From assembly GCA_049968235.1 (NCBI GenBank), contig JBMFRC010000019.1, forward strand, positions 1-60,642: DNA of 60,642 nt, written 5' to 3'. The notes beneath the pieces are model-generated. The model was not told the origin of the DNA. It searched no databases and saw only the letters and a program-made list of their open reading frames with translations. This DNA is from Candidatus Hydrogenedens sp. Lineage in GTDB: Bacteria; Hydrogenedentota; Hydrogenedentia; Hydrogenedentales; Hydrogenedentaceae. Made by a program: the position numbers and the translations under genes. Shown here piece by piece: positions 1 through 10,911 of this stretch; position 1 is the first letter of the stretch, and each line of letters opens with the position of its first letter.

Positions 1-292
1 TAGGAACTGCTTGTCTGGCAGGACTTTCTATCATTTTTTAGTAGTGGGGAGGGAAGTCGGATTTTATCGGACAGTTTTGATGGGTTTGGCGGTGAGAACG
101 CTTGCGGTATTATTGTGAAGTAATGCAATTTTCCTGCTTGTGATGGATATGCTTTGTTTTGTAATAGAGTCGGTTTTGCTTGTATGGAATGGAGATGTTC
201 GCGTTCTAAGAAATTATTCTATACATCAGAGAATTCTTTTTTTATTCTATTTTTGGTTTTTTGTTTAATCAGTGATTGTATATAAGTAGGTG

Positions 293-1483
293 TTAATAAA
301 ATTTTAAGGTGGTTCTGAATGATTTATATAATTCAGGTAAAGCCTGGCGAAGGGCTTTTTGATGTTCTTCGGGGTCGGAACGGAAAAATAGACGGTGAGG
401 AGTTCCTTCATCGGTTTGTTCGATTTCAAAATTACCATCTGGAAACGGTTTAAGATGAACAGGTATAAATGAAGGAGAAATTATTCGGTCGCTGGCTTTC
501 CGTTCTGTGGCAAGGATTATTTGGTAATTACCATCTGCGCGCTGTACGAGTAGACGTTTGCTGACTTCCAACCAAACATCTGTTTCCCAGACATTATGTT
601 TTCGCTGGAACAAGGTATTCTTATCTGTTTCGGAAGGTTCTTCTTCCAGAACCTGCAAGAAATCCACACGATTAGAACGACTATGTGAATATATGAGATA
701 ACGAAGCAGTCGTGGGTCCATCTCTTTCATAAATTCCAAATTGGGCATAAGCCAATAGGTGTTATAATTACCTAAGGCAAAGGCATTATCCTTATCTGCA
801 CATGGGTAAATGTATAGAGGAATATCTAAGGAAAGGACTCGAATAAAAGCCTTAGGGTCTAACTTTACATTCCATTCCAGGAGTTTGCCCGGGGGATATG
901 AACCTGCACAAAGATGTATTCGTTTTACCTTTCTGCGGAGTAAATCAGGAAATTGGTTCCACGCAACTGCAATGGGTCGAGTAGAACCGAAGGAAACAAC
1001 CTCGACAGGTTGATTGGATTGTTCTAATAATGATTTGAAAAGTTGTATCCCCTGATTTTCAAAAACACCTCTTGAAGTTTGTGGGTCTGTTGTTCTTGTC
1101 ATAGGGACAAATGGACATGGAGCACATGGAACTGCCCGGTCAAATAAATAATTTAATTGCCAGACCAGAATAACGCCGGGTTCCCTGCCTCCTGTCGGGT
1201 CGTTATACCATCCCTGTTCTCCTTCTCCTGTGTATTTCATGCGATACCTCTGGCTGACATCCAGCAAAACTCCTAATAGGTCAATTTCCGGAACGGCATA
1301 GGGGAAAATCAAGTCAACGGTATCTCCAAAGTCCTGTGGAGGATGATAAAGGTCTGTTATATCAATTACAGGAATATGATTGGATGACATAGTAAATGGG
1401 GGTATATAGGATGTGGAAGTTAAACTTAGTCCAGCAATACTTATTGCAGACTTAAAAAATTTTCTCCGAGAAAAATTAGGCAT
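293..1483 (-). CDS. Tat-signal (twin-arginine) exported hypothetical protein, 396 aa
   Basis: N-terminus MPNFSRRKFFKSAISIAGLSL has a twin-arginine motif RRKFFK followed by a hydrophobic h-region. No catalytic motif recognised confidently. It may have a nucleoside-hydrolase-like or DUF1593-like fold, but I cannot support that from sequence alone. Confidence 0.5.
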   Translation of the reverse strand: MPNFSRRKFFKSAISIAGLSLTSTSYIPPFTMSSNHIPVIDITDLYHPPQDFGDTVDLIFPYAVPEIDLLGVLLDVSQRYRMKYTGEGEQGWYNDPTGGREPGVILVWQLNYLFDRAVPCAPCPFVPMTRTTDPQTSRGVFENQGIQLFKSLLEQSNQPVEVVSFGSTRPIAVAWNQFPDLLRRKVKRIHLCAGSYPPGKLLEWNVKLDPKAFIRVLSLDIPLYIYPCADKDNAFALGNYNTYWLMPNLEFMKEMDPRLLRYLIYSHSRSNRVDFLQVLEEEPSETDKNTLFQRKHNVWETDVWLEVSKRLLVQRADGNYQIILATERKASDRIISPSFIPVHLKPFPDGNFEIEQTDEGTPHRLFFRSDPEEHQKALRQALPELYKSFRTTLKFY

Positions 1484-1617
1484 AACAAGTAACCCTTATT
1501 AATGTATGAGTTATCTTAACAAATCCTATTTAAGATTGGTGTACAAGACATTATAGAGGAAGAGGAGGAAAGAGGGAAAATGAAATGAAAAGGGGGATTT
1601 TTTATAGGATATATTTT

Positions 1618-2676
1618 TTAACAAATTCGTGGTAGTTGTTCTCCACTCAACATGGGAAGGGCTAACTCAATGCCGATGGTATTTTTTAGAATTACAGGGG
1701 TACCTTTATTTTCAGATACGACGCCAATTTGTTTTGGGGTAAGGTCAGGATATAAATTTTTCCATATCTGCAGGACATCGGAAGTATATTTTTGCGGAAT
1801 AAAGGATATAAATCTTCCTTCATTAGCAACATAGAGAGGATTTAATCCTAAAATTTCACATGCCCCACGGACATCGTCACGGATGGGTATTTCTTCTTCA
1901 TAAATGTAAAAAGTTAATCCGCTATCTTCTGCCAATTCGTTTAATGCAGAAGATAAACCACCTCGTGTGCAATCGCGTAAACAGTGGACAGGTATCCCTG
2001 AGTTTAGTAATGAAAGCACGAAGGGGACTAATGACATACAATCGCTTTTTAATTCGGGGTCAAAATGTATTTCCTCCCGTGCATTTAATACTGCCAGCCC
2101 ATGCCTTCCTACATCCCCGTTAATGAGAATACAATCACCGGGCTGAATTTGAGAAGGACAGGGAGGTGGGTCTTGTTTCACAATACCGATACCGCTTGTA
2201 TTGATATATAAACCATCACCGGAAGAATTGTTAATCACCTTTGTATCTCCGGTAACAATGCTTACACCTGTAAGGTCCGCTTCCTGCTTCATGGTTTGGA
2301 CAATTCTGTGTAAAATCCCCAGTTCCAATCCTTCTTCCAGTATGAATCCAGCACTTATATAAAGTGGACATGCTCCTGCCATTGCTAAATCGTTTACAGT
2401 TCCGCATACAGCCAATTTACCAATATTTCCACCTGGGAAAAAGAGAGGCTTAACAACGAAGGAATCGGTAGTAAAGGCAAGTTTTACACCTTGAATATCC
2501 AGGAAAGCAGAATCATGATGTTGTAAAAGAGGATTTTTGAAAGCACTTTCAAATACATTTTTAATGAGTTGATGCATAAGCGTCCCACCTCCGCCATGGG
2601 CTAAAACGATTTTTGATTTATCCGTTTGCTCTACGGGACAACTCCATGTAATAGGTTGTTTTTCCTTTTCGTGCAT
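1618..2676 (-). CDS. hypE: Hydrogenase maturation protein HypE (carbamoyl dehydratase)
   Basis: AIR-synthase-like PurM fold with glycine-rich VLAHGGGG near the N-terminus. The C-terminus ends in the HypE-specific PRIC motif (EQLPRIC). Last gene of the hyp operon. Confidence 0.9.
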   Translation of the reverse strand: MHEKEKQPITWSCPVEQTDKSKIVLAHGGGGTLMHQLIKNVFESAFKNPLLQHHDSAFLDIQGVKLAFTTDSFVVKPLFFPGGNIGKLAVCGTVNDLAMAGACPLYISAGFILEEGLELGILHRIVQTMKQEADLTGVSIVTGDTKVINNSSGDGLYINTSGIGIVKQDPPPCPSQIQPGDCILINGDVGRHGLAVLNAREEIHFDPELKSDCMSLVPFVLSLLNSGIPVHCLRDCTRGGLSSALNELAEDSGLTFYIYEEEIPIRDDVRGACEILGLNPLYVANEGRFISFIPQKYTSDVLQIWKNLYPDLTPKQIGVVSENKGTPVILKNTIGIELALPMLSGEQLPRIC

Positions 2677-2733
2677 CTTTTATTCCTTTTTTAATAAATC
2701 CTCTACATGAAACAGTTTTTTTTACATGTAATA

Positions 2734-3822
2734 CTATCGTTTTTCATACTGGTAATAAGCAGAGCATGTTCCTTCATTGGATACCATCGGGGCACCTATG
2801 GGATTTTCAGGTGTACATAGAGTGGCAAAAGCAGGGCAATCTGTTGGTTTTTTCTTGCCCTGAAGGATTTCTCCTGCGATACATACGGTTTGTATCTCTT
2901 CACTTTTTTCAGGACCACATCCAAATTTTTTTTCAGCATCATAATCAGCATAATTTGATTTTAATTTTAATCCGCTATGAGGAATACAGCCCAAGCCCCG
3001 CCAGTATTGGTCACATGCCTCAAAAATCTCTTTTATCAATTGTTGAGCGGGGATATTTCCTTCTCTCTGGACAGAGCGAGTATAAGCGTTACAAATGCCG
3101 AATTTACCTTCTTCCAGCATTGAGACGCATCTTTTTATCCCTATAAGCAGGTCTACAGGTTCAAAACCTGTAACGACAATAGGAATTTTATATTTTTCTG
3201 CAATAGGTTCATACTCGTGATACCCCATTACTGTGCATACATGTCCTGCGGATAAAATGCCCTGTATCTGGCAATAAGGGTCGGATAATAAAATTTCCAT
3301 AGCAGGGGGCACCAATACCTGTGAACAAAGTAGTGAAAAATTGGTAAGGTTAAATTCCTTTGCTTTTTTTACAGCCATTGCGTTTACAGGTGCTGTGGTT
3401 TCAAAGCCTACAGCAAAAAAGACTACCTGTTTATTCGGATTTTGTTGAGCTATCTTGACGCTATCCAATGGAGAGTAAACCGTTTGCACGGTCGCTCCCT
3501 GTCCGCGTGCAGACAGTAACGAAGTTTTTGAACCCGGTACTCGTAACATATCCCCAAAACTACAAAGGATAATATCCTTTTCAAGGGCTAATTGTATTGC
3601 GAGGTCAATTTTCTGTATGGGTGTAACACAGACAGGGCATCCTGGTCCATGAATAAGTTGTATTTCCGGTGTCAATGCACGGTCTATTCCAAAGCGAAGG
3701 ATAGCATGTGTCTGTCCGCCGCAAATTTCCATAATGTTCCAGGTCTGATGTGCAAAATGTTTTATCTCACGAATTAAATTTCTGGCTAATTGCGGGTTTC
3801 TGTATTCATCCATATATTTCAT
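2734..3822 (-). CDS. hypD: Hydrogenase maturation factor HypD
   Basis: Conserved HypD motifs CGGQTH and GPGCPVC are present. 362 aa. Start overlaps the hypC stop by 4 nt. Confidence 0.9.
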   Translation of the reverse strand: MKYMDEYRNPQLARNLIREIKHFAHQTWNIMEICGGQTHAILRFGIDRALTPEIQLIHGPGCPVCVTPIQKIDLAIQLALEKDIILCSFGDMLRVPGSKTSLLSARGQGATVQTVYSPLDSVKIAQQNPNKQVVFFAVGFETTAPVNAMAVKKAKEFNLTNFSLLCSQVLVPPAMEILLSDPYCQIQGILSAGHVCTVMGYHEYEPIAEKYKIPIVVTGFEPVDLLIGIKRCVSMLEEGKFGICNAYTRSVQREGNIPAQQLIKEIFEACDQYWRGLGCIPHSGLKLKSNYADYDAEKKFGCGPEKSEEIQTVCIAGEILQGKKKPTDCPAFATLCTPENPIGAPMVSNEGTCSAYYQYEKR

Positions 3823-4085
3823 GAATAAAATTCCTTCGGCGGTATCTCCATATCCATGTTCATATCTGTATTTTCAAACTCTGCTAATATCCTTTCCGCT
3901 TCTTCTTCATCCACGACATTAATTGCCATACCTGCATGCACCAATACATACATCCCTTCTCTGGCTTCCGGTGTTAAAGCGAGGGATATTTCTTTAGTTA
4001 TTCCAGCAAATTGAACCTTTGCCATGCGAAGAGTTGGGTCACTTTCATCAATCTGGATAACTTTGCCCGGAATGGCTAAACACAT
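3819..4085 (-). CDS. hypC: Hydrogenase assembly chaperone HypC/HupF
   Basis: 88 aa, N-terminal MCLAIPGKV (essential Cys2 of HypC). Sits between hypF and hypD. Confidence 0.9.
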   Translation of the reverse strand: MCLAIPGKVIQIDESDPTLRMAKVQFAGITKEISLALTPEAREGMYVLVHAGMAINVVDEEEAERILAEFENTDMNMDMEIPPKEFYS

Positions 4086-4088
4086 ATA

Positions 4089-6407
4089 TCATTTCTCCTT
4101 CATAATATCTGTATATTTTAACGCATAATAAATCTGTCCCAGCGATATACATCCATCATTAGGCGGAACCTGTTCTGCAAAATAAACATTGTATTCAGAC
4201 CTGAGTAAGTTAATAGTATAGTTAAGCAAAAGCCGATTTTGGAAACAACCTCCATTGACAACAACATTTTCAATACCCGCTTTATTCACTGTCTGCTTTA
4301 TGCAGAGGGCTAAATATTGGTGAAATAAATTCGCTAACTGGGGTGTAGATAGTCTTTTATTACTATGTTCAAGTATAAATTCGATAATGGGTTTCCAGTC
4401 AACAATATATGTTCCTTCCTCTTCATAAATAAGTATAGGGATGTTTATATCTTCAGTGTTTTTTTCTTTCCATGCTAAACTTTCCAGTGCCATAGCGGAT
4501 TGAGCCTCAAAGGAACATACGGGATGAAGACCTAATAATACAGATACTGCATCAAAAAGACGACCTACACTGCTGGTGCGAGGTGTATTTATCTTATGTT
4601 GCAACATTTTTTGTAAGGCAGTCCATTCCCTTTCCTGAAATGCGGAGTATATATGTTCCGGAATGCTTGTTTCTTTATTAAACAAAGAATCTCCGTACAT
4701 TTCATACAGAATGCCTAAAGCAGAACGACGCGGTTCCCGAACTGCTCTATCCCCGCCCGGGAGCGAAAAGGTTCGTAAATGTCCCCATCGTATTACTTTA
4801 TTTTCAGTAATAAAGAAGAATTCCCCCCCCCAAACCGTATGGTCCAGTCCGAAACCTGTTCCGTCCCAGATTACAGCAAAAACAGGCATTGTAACCTTTT
4901 TTTCTGCGATTACGGCAAGAGCATGAGCAATGTGATGTTGAACTTGTATAACCGGTTTGTCTTGTTGGTATGCCCAATGTGTACTGGTATAATCGGGATG
5001 GGCATCTGCAATTAAAATATCGGGAGTTCGTTCAACAAGGTTCAAAAGTATTTCACAGGATTGTCGAAAACCTTCTACTGCTTTTTGCGTTTCTAAATCG
5101 CCTAAATGCTGACTGATTAGCACCTGATTCTCACAATTTACTGCCACCGTATTTTTCAGATGTCCTCCTACGGCAAGAAAGACCTTTCCCGTTTTTTCTG
5201 GTAGGGGTATTGGTTGAGGAACATATCCACGCGAGCGACGTAATAATATCGGTTTATCCATGACCACATGAATGATGGAATCATCTACATGTCGAATAAT
5301 GGGGCGGTTATGCACAAGGAAGTAGTCTGCAATGTCTCTTAACCGTTCTACTGCTTCCTGCTCATCAATACATATAGGTTCGTCGGAACGATTTCCACTG
5401 GTTGCAACAATTGGAATATTCAAACCTGACATCAATAGATGATGAAGTGGAGTATAAGGGAGCATGACACCATGTCTCGCCTGTTCAGGAGCAACTCCTT
5501 CAGCAATACGAAAACTATCTGACCTTTTCTCCAATAGTACAATAGGAGATGCATATGAAGTCAGAAGTGAGGCTTCTATATTGGATACGATACAATCTTT
5601 TTTTACTTCTTCCAGTGTGGGATACATTAAAGCGAACGGTTTTTCCTCTCGATTTTTTCGCTGTCGAAGTCGTTGAACTGCCTCTCGATTTGTTGCATCC
5701 ACTACAAGATGAAAACCGCCTAATCCTTTCACAGCAAGAATAGCCCCATTCCTTATTTGTGATATAGATTCCACCAGTGCTTCTTCTCTTTCAAATTGTA
5801 TTTTCCCCTTTTCGTTCCACAAAGATATTTGAGGTCCACAGATTGGACATGCAATCGGTTCTGCGTGGAACCTTCGGTTTGCGGGATTCTCATATTCTTC
5901 TTTACATTGGGGACACATCTGGAAGGAAGACATAGATGTATTGGCGCGATCATATGGTATTTTATATATAATTGTGTATCTTGGGCCACAGAGGGTACAA
6001 TTGATAAACGGGTAACGGTATCTTCGGTCCTTCGGGTTGTTCATCTCTTGCAGGCAGTTGGAACAGGTTGCAATATCAGGTAATATATGTGTCCGAAACA
6101 CGCCTTCCGTTTGGCTTGTATTAATGTAAAAATGTTTCTCATCCAAAATGACCTGCAATTCAATGATTTTGATACTATCAATATGTGCATGTTCAGGATG
6201 CTCTTTTTCCAGAGCAATAAAAAAATTGTTTATGGATGCACTCTCTCCCTGTATTTCAATATATACACCATCTGAACGATTATGCACCTGTCCTGTTAGA
6301 CCATATCGTGTAGCAATACGATATACAAAAGGACGGAAACCTACCCCCTGAACGGTACCTTCTACAATAATACCTACTCTTCTTCGTTGTTCAGAATAAT
6401 TAGCCAT
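4089..6407 (-). CDS. hypF: Carbamoyltransferase HypF
   Basis: 772 aa. N-terminal acylphosphatase domain (VQGVGFRPFVYRIA). Two Zn-finger pairs (CSNC..CTLC and CPQC..CPIC). YrdC-like domain (AVKGLGGFHLVVDA). C-terminal Kae1-like carbamoyltransferase domain. Confidence 0.9.
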   Translation of the reverse strand: MANYSEQRRRVGIIVEGTVQGVGFRPFVYRIATRYGLTGQVHNRSDGVYIEIQGESASINNFFIALEKEHPEHAHIDSIKIIELQVILDEKHFYINTSQTEGVFRTHILPDIATCSNCLQEMNNPKDRRYRYPFINCTLCGPRYTIIYKIPYDRANTSMSSFQMCPQCKEEYENPANRRFHAEPIACPICGPQISLWNEKGKIQFEREEALVESISQIRNGAILAVKGLGGFHLVVDATNREAVQRLRQRKNREEKPFALMYPTLEEVKKDCIVSNIEASLLTSYASPIVLLEKRSDSFRIAEGVAPEQARHGVMLPYTPLHHLLMSGLNIPIVATSGNRSDEPICIDEQEAVERLRDIADYFLVHNRPIIRHVDDSIIHVVMDKPILLRRSRGYVPQPIPLPEKTGKVFLAVGGHLKNTVAVNCENQVLISQHLGDLETQKAVEGFRQSCEILLNLVERTPDILIADAHPDYTSTHWAYQQDKPVIQVQHHIAHALAVIAEKKVTMPVFAVIWDGTGFGLDHTVWGGEFFFITENKVIRWGHLRTFSLPGGDRAVREPRRSALGILYEMYGDSLFNKETSIPEHIYSAFQEREWTALQKMLQHKINTPRTSSVGRLFDAVSVLLGLHPVCSFEAQSAMALESLAWKEKNTEDINIPILIYEEEGTYIVDWKPIIEFILEHSNKRLSTPQLANLFHQYLALCIKQTVNKAGIENVVVNGGCFQNRLLLNYTINLLRSEYNVYFAEQVPPNDGCISLGQIYYALKYTDIMKEK

Positions 6408-7059
6408 TCTTCGGTTTGCTTACTTGTCCCTTAAGCCAGTTTACCCACTGTTCCACTCCGTTCCCCTGTGTGCAGGAAACATGCAAAATAGGGACATCGG
6501 GCTGTATCCCATGAACCCCCTGTGTAAATTCATCTACATCAAACGGGACATAGGGCAATAAATCTACTTTGTTTAATATTACAATATTGGCTGTTTGAAA
6601 AAGTCGCGGATATTTAAATGGTTTATCCTGCCCTTCTGTAACACTAACTACAGCAACACGCGATTTTTCACCTAAATCGAAACCCACAGGACAAACCAGA
6701 TTGCCTACATTCTCGATGATAAGCAAATCAATAGAATCCAGAGGTAATTTGTCCAATGCCTGAAGTACCAGTTGCGATTCCAAATGACAGCCTCCTGCAG
6801 TATTTATTTGCACTACGGGAACATCGTATTTTGCAATACGTTCCGCATCACGAATCGTTTCAGGGTCACCTTCAATAACCCCTACTTGTACATTTGATAG
6901 ACCCTGTTTTAATGCAGATTCAATTAAAGTGGTTTTGCCGGAACCGGGAGCACTAATCATATTGATACAGGAAATTCCATGTTCATCAAAACGAGTCCGC
7001 ACCAATTTAGCTATATCATCGTTTGCTTTTAATACCTTCTGAACTACATCTACTTTCAT
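6400..7059 (-). CDS. hypB: Hydrogenase nickel incorporation GTPase HypB
   Basis: P-loop GSGKTT. G3E-family GTPase size (219 aa). Overlaps the hypF start by 8 nt. Confidence 0.85.
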   Translation of the reverse strand: MKVDVVQKVLKANDDIAKLVRTRFDEHGISCINMISAPGSGKTTLIESALKQGLSNVQVGVIEGDPETIRDAERIAKYDVPVVQINTAGGCHLESQLVLQALDKLPLDSIDLLIIENVGNLVCPVGFDLGEKSRVAVVSVTEGQDKPFKYPRLFQTANIVILNKVDLLPYVPFDVDEFTQGVHGIQPDVPILHVSCTQGNGVEQWVNWLKGQVSKPKNG

Positions 7060-7078
7060 AAAATTGCTCCTTCATTTA

Positions 7079-7423
7079 TTAATCGTCAAAATGAACTGCT
7101 TCAAGAATAATTTCTGTCCCCTGAACAATTTCTCCTCCTACCTCATTACAATAAGGGCATAACCAGATGCTATCTTCGGGTGTATAAACATTATGGCACT
7201 TTCGACAACGGATTTTTGTCGGTTCAATAATTAAATCTATTTTTGCCTGTCTTACACAGGTACCTTCCTTTACCTGCTCGAACATAAATAAAAAAGTTTC
7301 CATATTTATATGCTCCAAAGACCCTATTCGCAGGTCAATTTTTGAAACACAATCTTTTCCCTGTTTCTTACAGATTTGTTCAATCTGCTCAATTAAAGAT
7401 GTAATAATACTTAACTCATGCAT
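7079..7423 (-). CDS. hypA: Hydrogenase nickel insertion protein HypA
   Basis: 114 aa. N-terminal MHELSI (Ni-binding MHE motif). Zn-finger CRKC...CPYC. Confidence 0.9.
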   Translation of the reverse strand: MHELSIITSLIEQIEQICKKQGKDCVSKIDLRIGSLEHINMETFLFMFEQVKEGTCVRQAKIDLIIEPTKIRCRKCHNVYTPEDSIWLCPYCNEVGGEIVQGTEIILEAVHFDD

Positions 7424-7508
7424 ATCATTTTTTATTTATGATACCACTTTTCAGTAGAAATATTAAAACTATGGTTATTTTAACTATTAAAAGATAAAGA
7501 CATTTACC

Positions 7509-7549
7509 CAATAAAAAGCCGTTATGTGAAAGTTCTCACATAACGGCTT
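7509..7549 (-). terminator. Rho-independent terminator downstream of lipoprotein gene 7576..8718
   Basis: Perfect 14-bp stem aagccgttatgtga / tcacataacggctt (7516-7529 and 7536-7549) with a 6-nt loop. On the minus strand it is followed by TTTTTAT. It lies between the stop of the upstream gene (7576) and the hypA start (7423). That implies the hyp operon has its own promoter in about 7424..7508. Confidence 0.7.
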
Positions 7550-7575
7550 GTTTGTAATCAGTTACTAATTATCGA

Positions 7576-8718
7576 TTAAGGAAATGTGTTAAAGGTAACA
7601 TTGACAGAAGCACTTGTACTTTCATCGGTTCCTTTTAAGGTTAGATAGTATTCATTGGTATTATCGCTGGGGACTACAAATGTTGGGAAAGATAATTGAC
7701 TTTGTGACGCATTGGAATCCACTTTTATCAGTGATGCTGTTACTCCCGTTGTATTCTGTAAAGTAACTGTATATGTCTTCGCAGATTCTACCTGCAATTT
7801 ATAGGATTTGGCTTCCTTCCCGGTAATTGGAATTGTGTTTGCCGTTGAGGAAGCAGAGAGTGTTCCGGCTAATATTTGCTCAAATGTGATTTTCACCTTC
7901 ACATTCCCAAATTCATCTGCATTTTCCAGGATAAGATAATACTTATTTTGGTCTGTAGAATGAGTGGCGAGAGTGTAATCTGTCAGAGTAGCTTTGTCGT
8001 TATAGACATTTGATACATCTCCATCCGCATCCATCCTTACAATTCTCACATCAATATCTGACAATGTATTATCAGGTTCTACTATATTCGGGTCTATTGT
8101 ATCTTCTATTCGAATCCTATACACAGAACCTGCGGATACATTTAATTTAAATATGCTGATAACATCACCTACTACATTTACTTCTTTTACAGTACCAACC
8201 GCAATTTCTGTCGCATCATTATAGGTTTCGGGTTTTGCCAAACCAATCATATAAGGGAGTTGATATTTTTTGTTCTCAGACACGGGCTGGGCATAACCGT
8301 AAAGTCTTATTAAATAAGTTCCTTTATACGGAGCCACCCAGAAACCTCTGGTTTTGTCTTCAATAATAATGTTATCGGGATTTGCCGGTCCTGTTGGGGG
8401 GACTTCAATAGACTCTAACAATATCAAATCACTTTTATTCTTATAATACAAGTTGATTTGATACCCTAACCAGCACTCATCGGCATCCTCCATATTCTTA
8501 AAGATTAGAAGCAATGGGGTATTTTCCTTATCCACTTCAAATTTATACCAGACATCTTTCCATGCTTCGAGGACACCAGCAACAAGGTCTCCACCAATTT
8601 CTAATTTGGTAGAACTCATAGGTGCCAGTGTAGGACAACCTGAAAATAGAATAGCACTGAATACAATAAATAGAGAGAAACAAACTGTTATTAAATTTTT
8701 ACTTTTAATGGAAACCAT
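7576..8718 (-). CDS. Secreted lipoprotein, hypothetical (380 aa)
   Basis: Signal peptide with lipobox-like LFSGC. Ser/Thr-rich, beta-rich sequence. No recognisable catalytic motif. Confidence 0.5.
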   Translation of the reverse strand: MVSIKSKNLITVCFSLFIVFSAILFSGCPTLAPMSSTKLEIGGDLVAGVLEAWKDVWYKFEVDKENTPLLLIFKNMEDADECWLGYQINLYYKNKSDLILLESIEVPPTGPANPDNIIIEDKTRGFWVAPYKGTYLIRLYGYAQPVSENKKYQLPYMIGLAKPETYNDATEIAVGTVKEVNVVGDVISIFKLNVSAGSVYRIRIEDTIDPNIVEPDNTLSDIDVRIVRMDADGDVSNVYNDKATLTDYTLATHSTDQNKYYLILENADEFGNVKVKITFEQILAGTLSASSTANTIPITGKEAKSYKLQVESAKTYTVTLQNTTGVTASLIKVDSNASQSQLSFPTFVVPSDNTNEYYLTLKGTDESTSASVNVTFNTFP

Positions 8719-9082
8719 AGCACTTCTCCTTTCTGTTGAATTATTGTTTTATTGTTCTTTATACAATACCACTACCCACCCCAAGATTTTTTGCCTGTTT
8801 CCCACCTCCTTTCTTTTTATCTCTTACTTTTCACTTATTTGAATTATACTCAAGATAAGAAATAAAGTCAATGTTTTTATCCTTTTTCTCTGTAAGGGCG
8901 AATAATTATTTGTACCTGCATTAATCTGTAAAATTGTGGGAACAGGTGCCTTACGAATGGATATTCTATCTAAAAATGCTTTGGCTTTGAGTGATATGTA
9001 ATATTATAATTCTGAATAAGAGAATGACCTGTCAAAAAGCATTAGTAAGGCGTTACTCAGGGGTAAATTTACATTATCGTGG

Positions 9083-10858
9083 TTATGTGCTGTTATAGGG
9101 TTTAACGAGAGCACCGAAATAAATAAATAATATCCCGCCGATAAGTGAAAGGAAGGATATTGCTATGCCTATATAGCGTTCAATGCCATGGGTAGAAATG
9201 AATATTACAAAGAATAATGCTATAGCAATCAATATAGTACACATTCCGACAATGTTGTATGGGGAAAAATGTGTTTTCCCTTGCAAAACTTCTTTATCTT
9301 CGTCTAAATTACCGATAGGATTTTCTATTTTTTCAAAGAACTCCCCTATTTTATTTCGTTCTATAACACTCACAGGAAAGACTAATGCAATCATTTCCAT
9401 AAAAAGGTAAGTTATAATAGTTGTGGTAAGGAACATAAATATTTCCATTTTGATGGATAGCCCCCATAATAACCATTCTTTTTTGTCTGCAATCCATGTG
9501 ATACCTATGGGTAATGCGAAGGAAGCCGTACCTAATTGAATATACAGCAGGAATAATCCAACGAGGGTGCCCATGCAAAAACCTATGACGGCACTTCGTC
9601 CCGGATAACGTCGTGAGACCATTCCTAACATCACGGGGACAGCCACAGGACCTGTTGCAACACCAAATAGGGTTACCATCACACGGAACATATTCTCCGC
9701 CTTACCACGACTTAATAATAGGGCAATTCCAAGAGCCAGTATCCCTACAAGTAATGTGCTTATTCTGCCTATCCATACCAATTCTTTTTCAGGTGCATCA
9801 GGACGCAATAATCTCCGATAGACATCCTGCGTAACGACGCTGGCACATACATTGAAATCACTGCTGAGTGTGGACATAGTGGCAGAAAACATTGCAGAGA
9901 TGAGCAAACCCAACATTCCTGCTGGTAATAGTTTTGAACAAAGTATGGGATAAATATCACCGGCATCACTTAGTTCAGGTACAATCAATTTACCCGCAAA
10001 TGCTGGGAAAAACATAAGAGGTGGACCGATAATATATAACAAAATCACAGTTAGTCCTACCTTCTGCACCTCTTTTTCATCTCGAACGCAATAATATCTC
10101 TGAATAAGCGACCAATTGATACTACTCCATGAAAAGGCATATAGGATAATGAGGGGAATTACATAACTCCAGGGGAACTCATCATTTGTAAGATGAAAAA
10201 AACCTTCAGGGGTATTTTCAAAGATTTTTGTAATTCCTCCTGCATGATAAATGGAAAGGGGGAGGATGACCATTAACCCAGCAGATAACACGATAAACTG
10301 GATGAAATCAGTAATTGTAACAGCCCACAGACCCCCTAAAAAAGTGCAGAACATGATAATACCCCCAACCAGTGCTATGGAATAGGTAGTTGGCATATTC
10401 GTGATAATAGAAACAAACTTGCCTGTGGCAAAAAGTTTTAAACTATCATCTACAATTTTAACAGGCACACCCTGCCATACGAAGATTTGTCGTAATGTTC
10501 CGTTGTAGCGTTCCTCAATAAACTCAACCGGACTATTTATGCGAAGTCTCCGCCACCGCCATCCAAAAATATAAGCACTGTATATGGTTGCTGGGACAGC
10601 TACCCAGAGTAGGGTAATCCCAACCCAGCCATATTTATAACATAGCGATGGGTAAAATACGAATGCAGCAACACTAAAACTTGTCATCCAGAAAGATACT
10701 CCACTCAGCCACCATGGAATGCGATTGCCCCCTTTGAAGTAGTCTTTTAATTGTTGGATATAACGGTAGGAATAAAGGCTAATACCTAACATAAGTGCAA
10801 AATAGAAAACTATCAGTATCCAGTCTGGGAGCGATAACGATTTGCTAACAAGATTCAC
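9083..10858 (-). CDS. Sodium:solute symporter family (SSF) transporter
   Basis: 591 aa, with roughly 13-14 hydrophobic segments. Overall resemblance to SSF/SglT-type transporters. Last gene of the glpK cluster. Confidence 0.55.
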   Translation of the reverse strand: MNLVSKSLSLPDWILIVFYFALMLGISLYSYRYIQQLKDYFKGGNRIPWWLSGVSFWMTSFSVAAFVFYPSLCYKYGWVGITLLWVAVPATIYSAYIFGWRWRRLRINSPVEFIEERYNGTLRQIFVWQGVPVKIVDDSLKLFATGKFVSIITNMPTTYSIALVGGIIMFCTFLGGLWAVTITDFIQFIVLSAGLMVILPLSIYHAGGITKIFENTPEGFFHLTNDEFPWSYVIPLIILYAFSWSSINWSLIQRYYCVRDEKEVQKVGLTVILLYIIGPPLMFFPAFAGKLIVPELSDAGDIYPILCSKLLPAGMLGLLISAMFSATMSTLSSDFNVCASVVTQDVYRRLLRPDAPEKELVWIGRISTLLVGILALGIALLLSRGKAENMFRVMVTLFGVATGPVAVPVMLGMVSRRYPGRSAVIGFCMGTLVGLFLLYIQLGTASFALPIGITWIADKKEWLLWGLSIKMEIFMFLTTTIITYLFMEMIALVFPVSVIERNKIGEFFEKIENPIGNLDEDKEVLQGKTHFSPYNIVGMCTILIAIALFFVIFISTHGIERYIGIAISFLSLIGGILFIYFGALVKPYNST

Positions 10859-10911
10859 CTTTTTATTCCTCCTCAGAATTGTGTTCTTCTATTCATTTTT
10901 GATTTCTGAAA

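Noticed and set aside
1484-1617. Purine-rich stretch (gaggaagaggaggaaagagggaaaatg) between hypE and the Tat-signal gene as a possible riboswitch or ncRNA
   Set aside because: It is short and shows no conserved secondary structure that I can see. It is most simply the SD-rich leader of the downstream minus-strand gene seen from the opposite strand.
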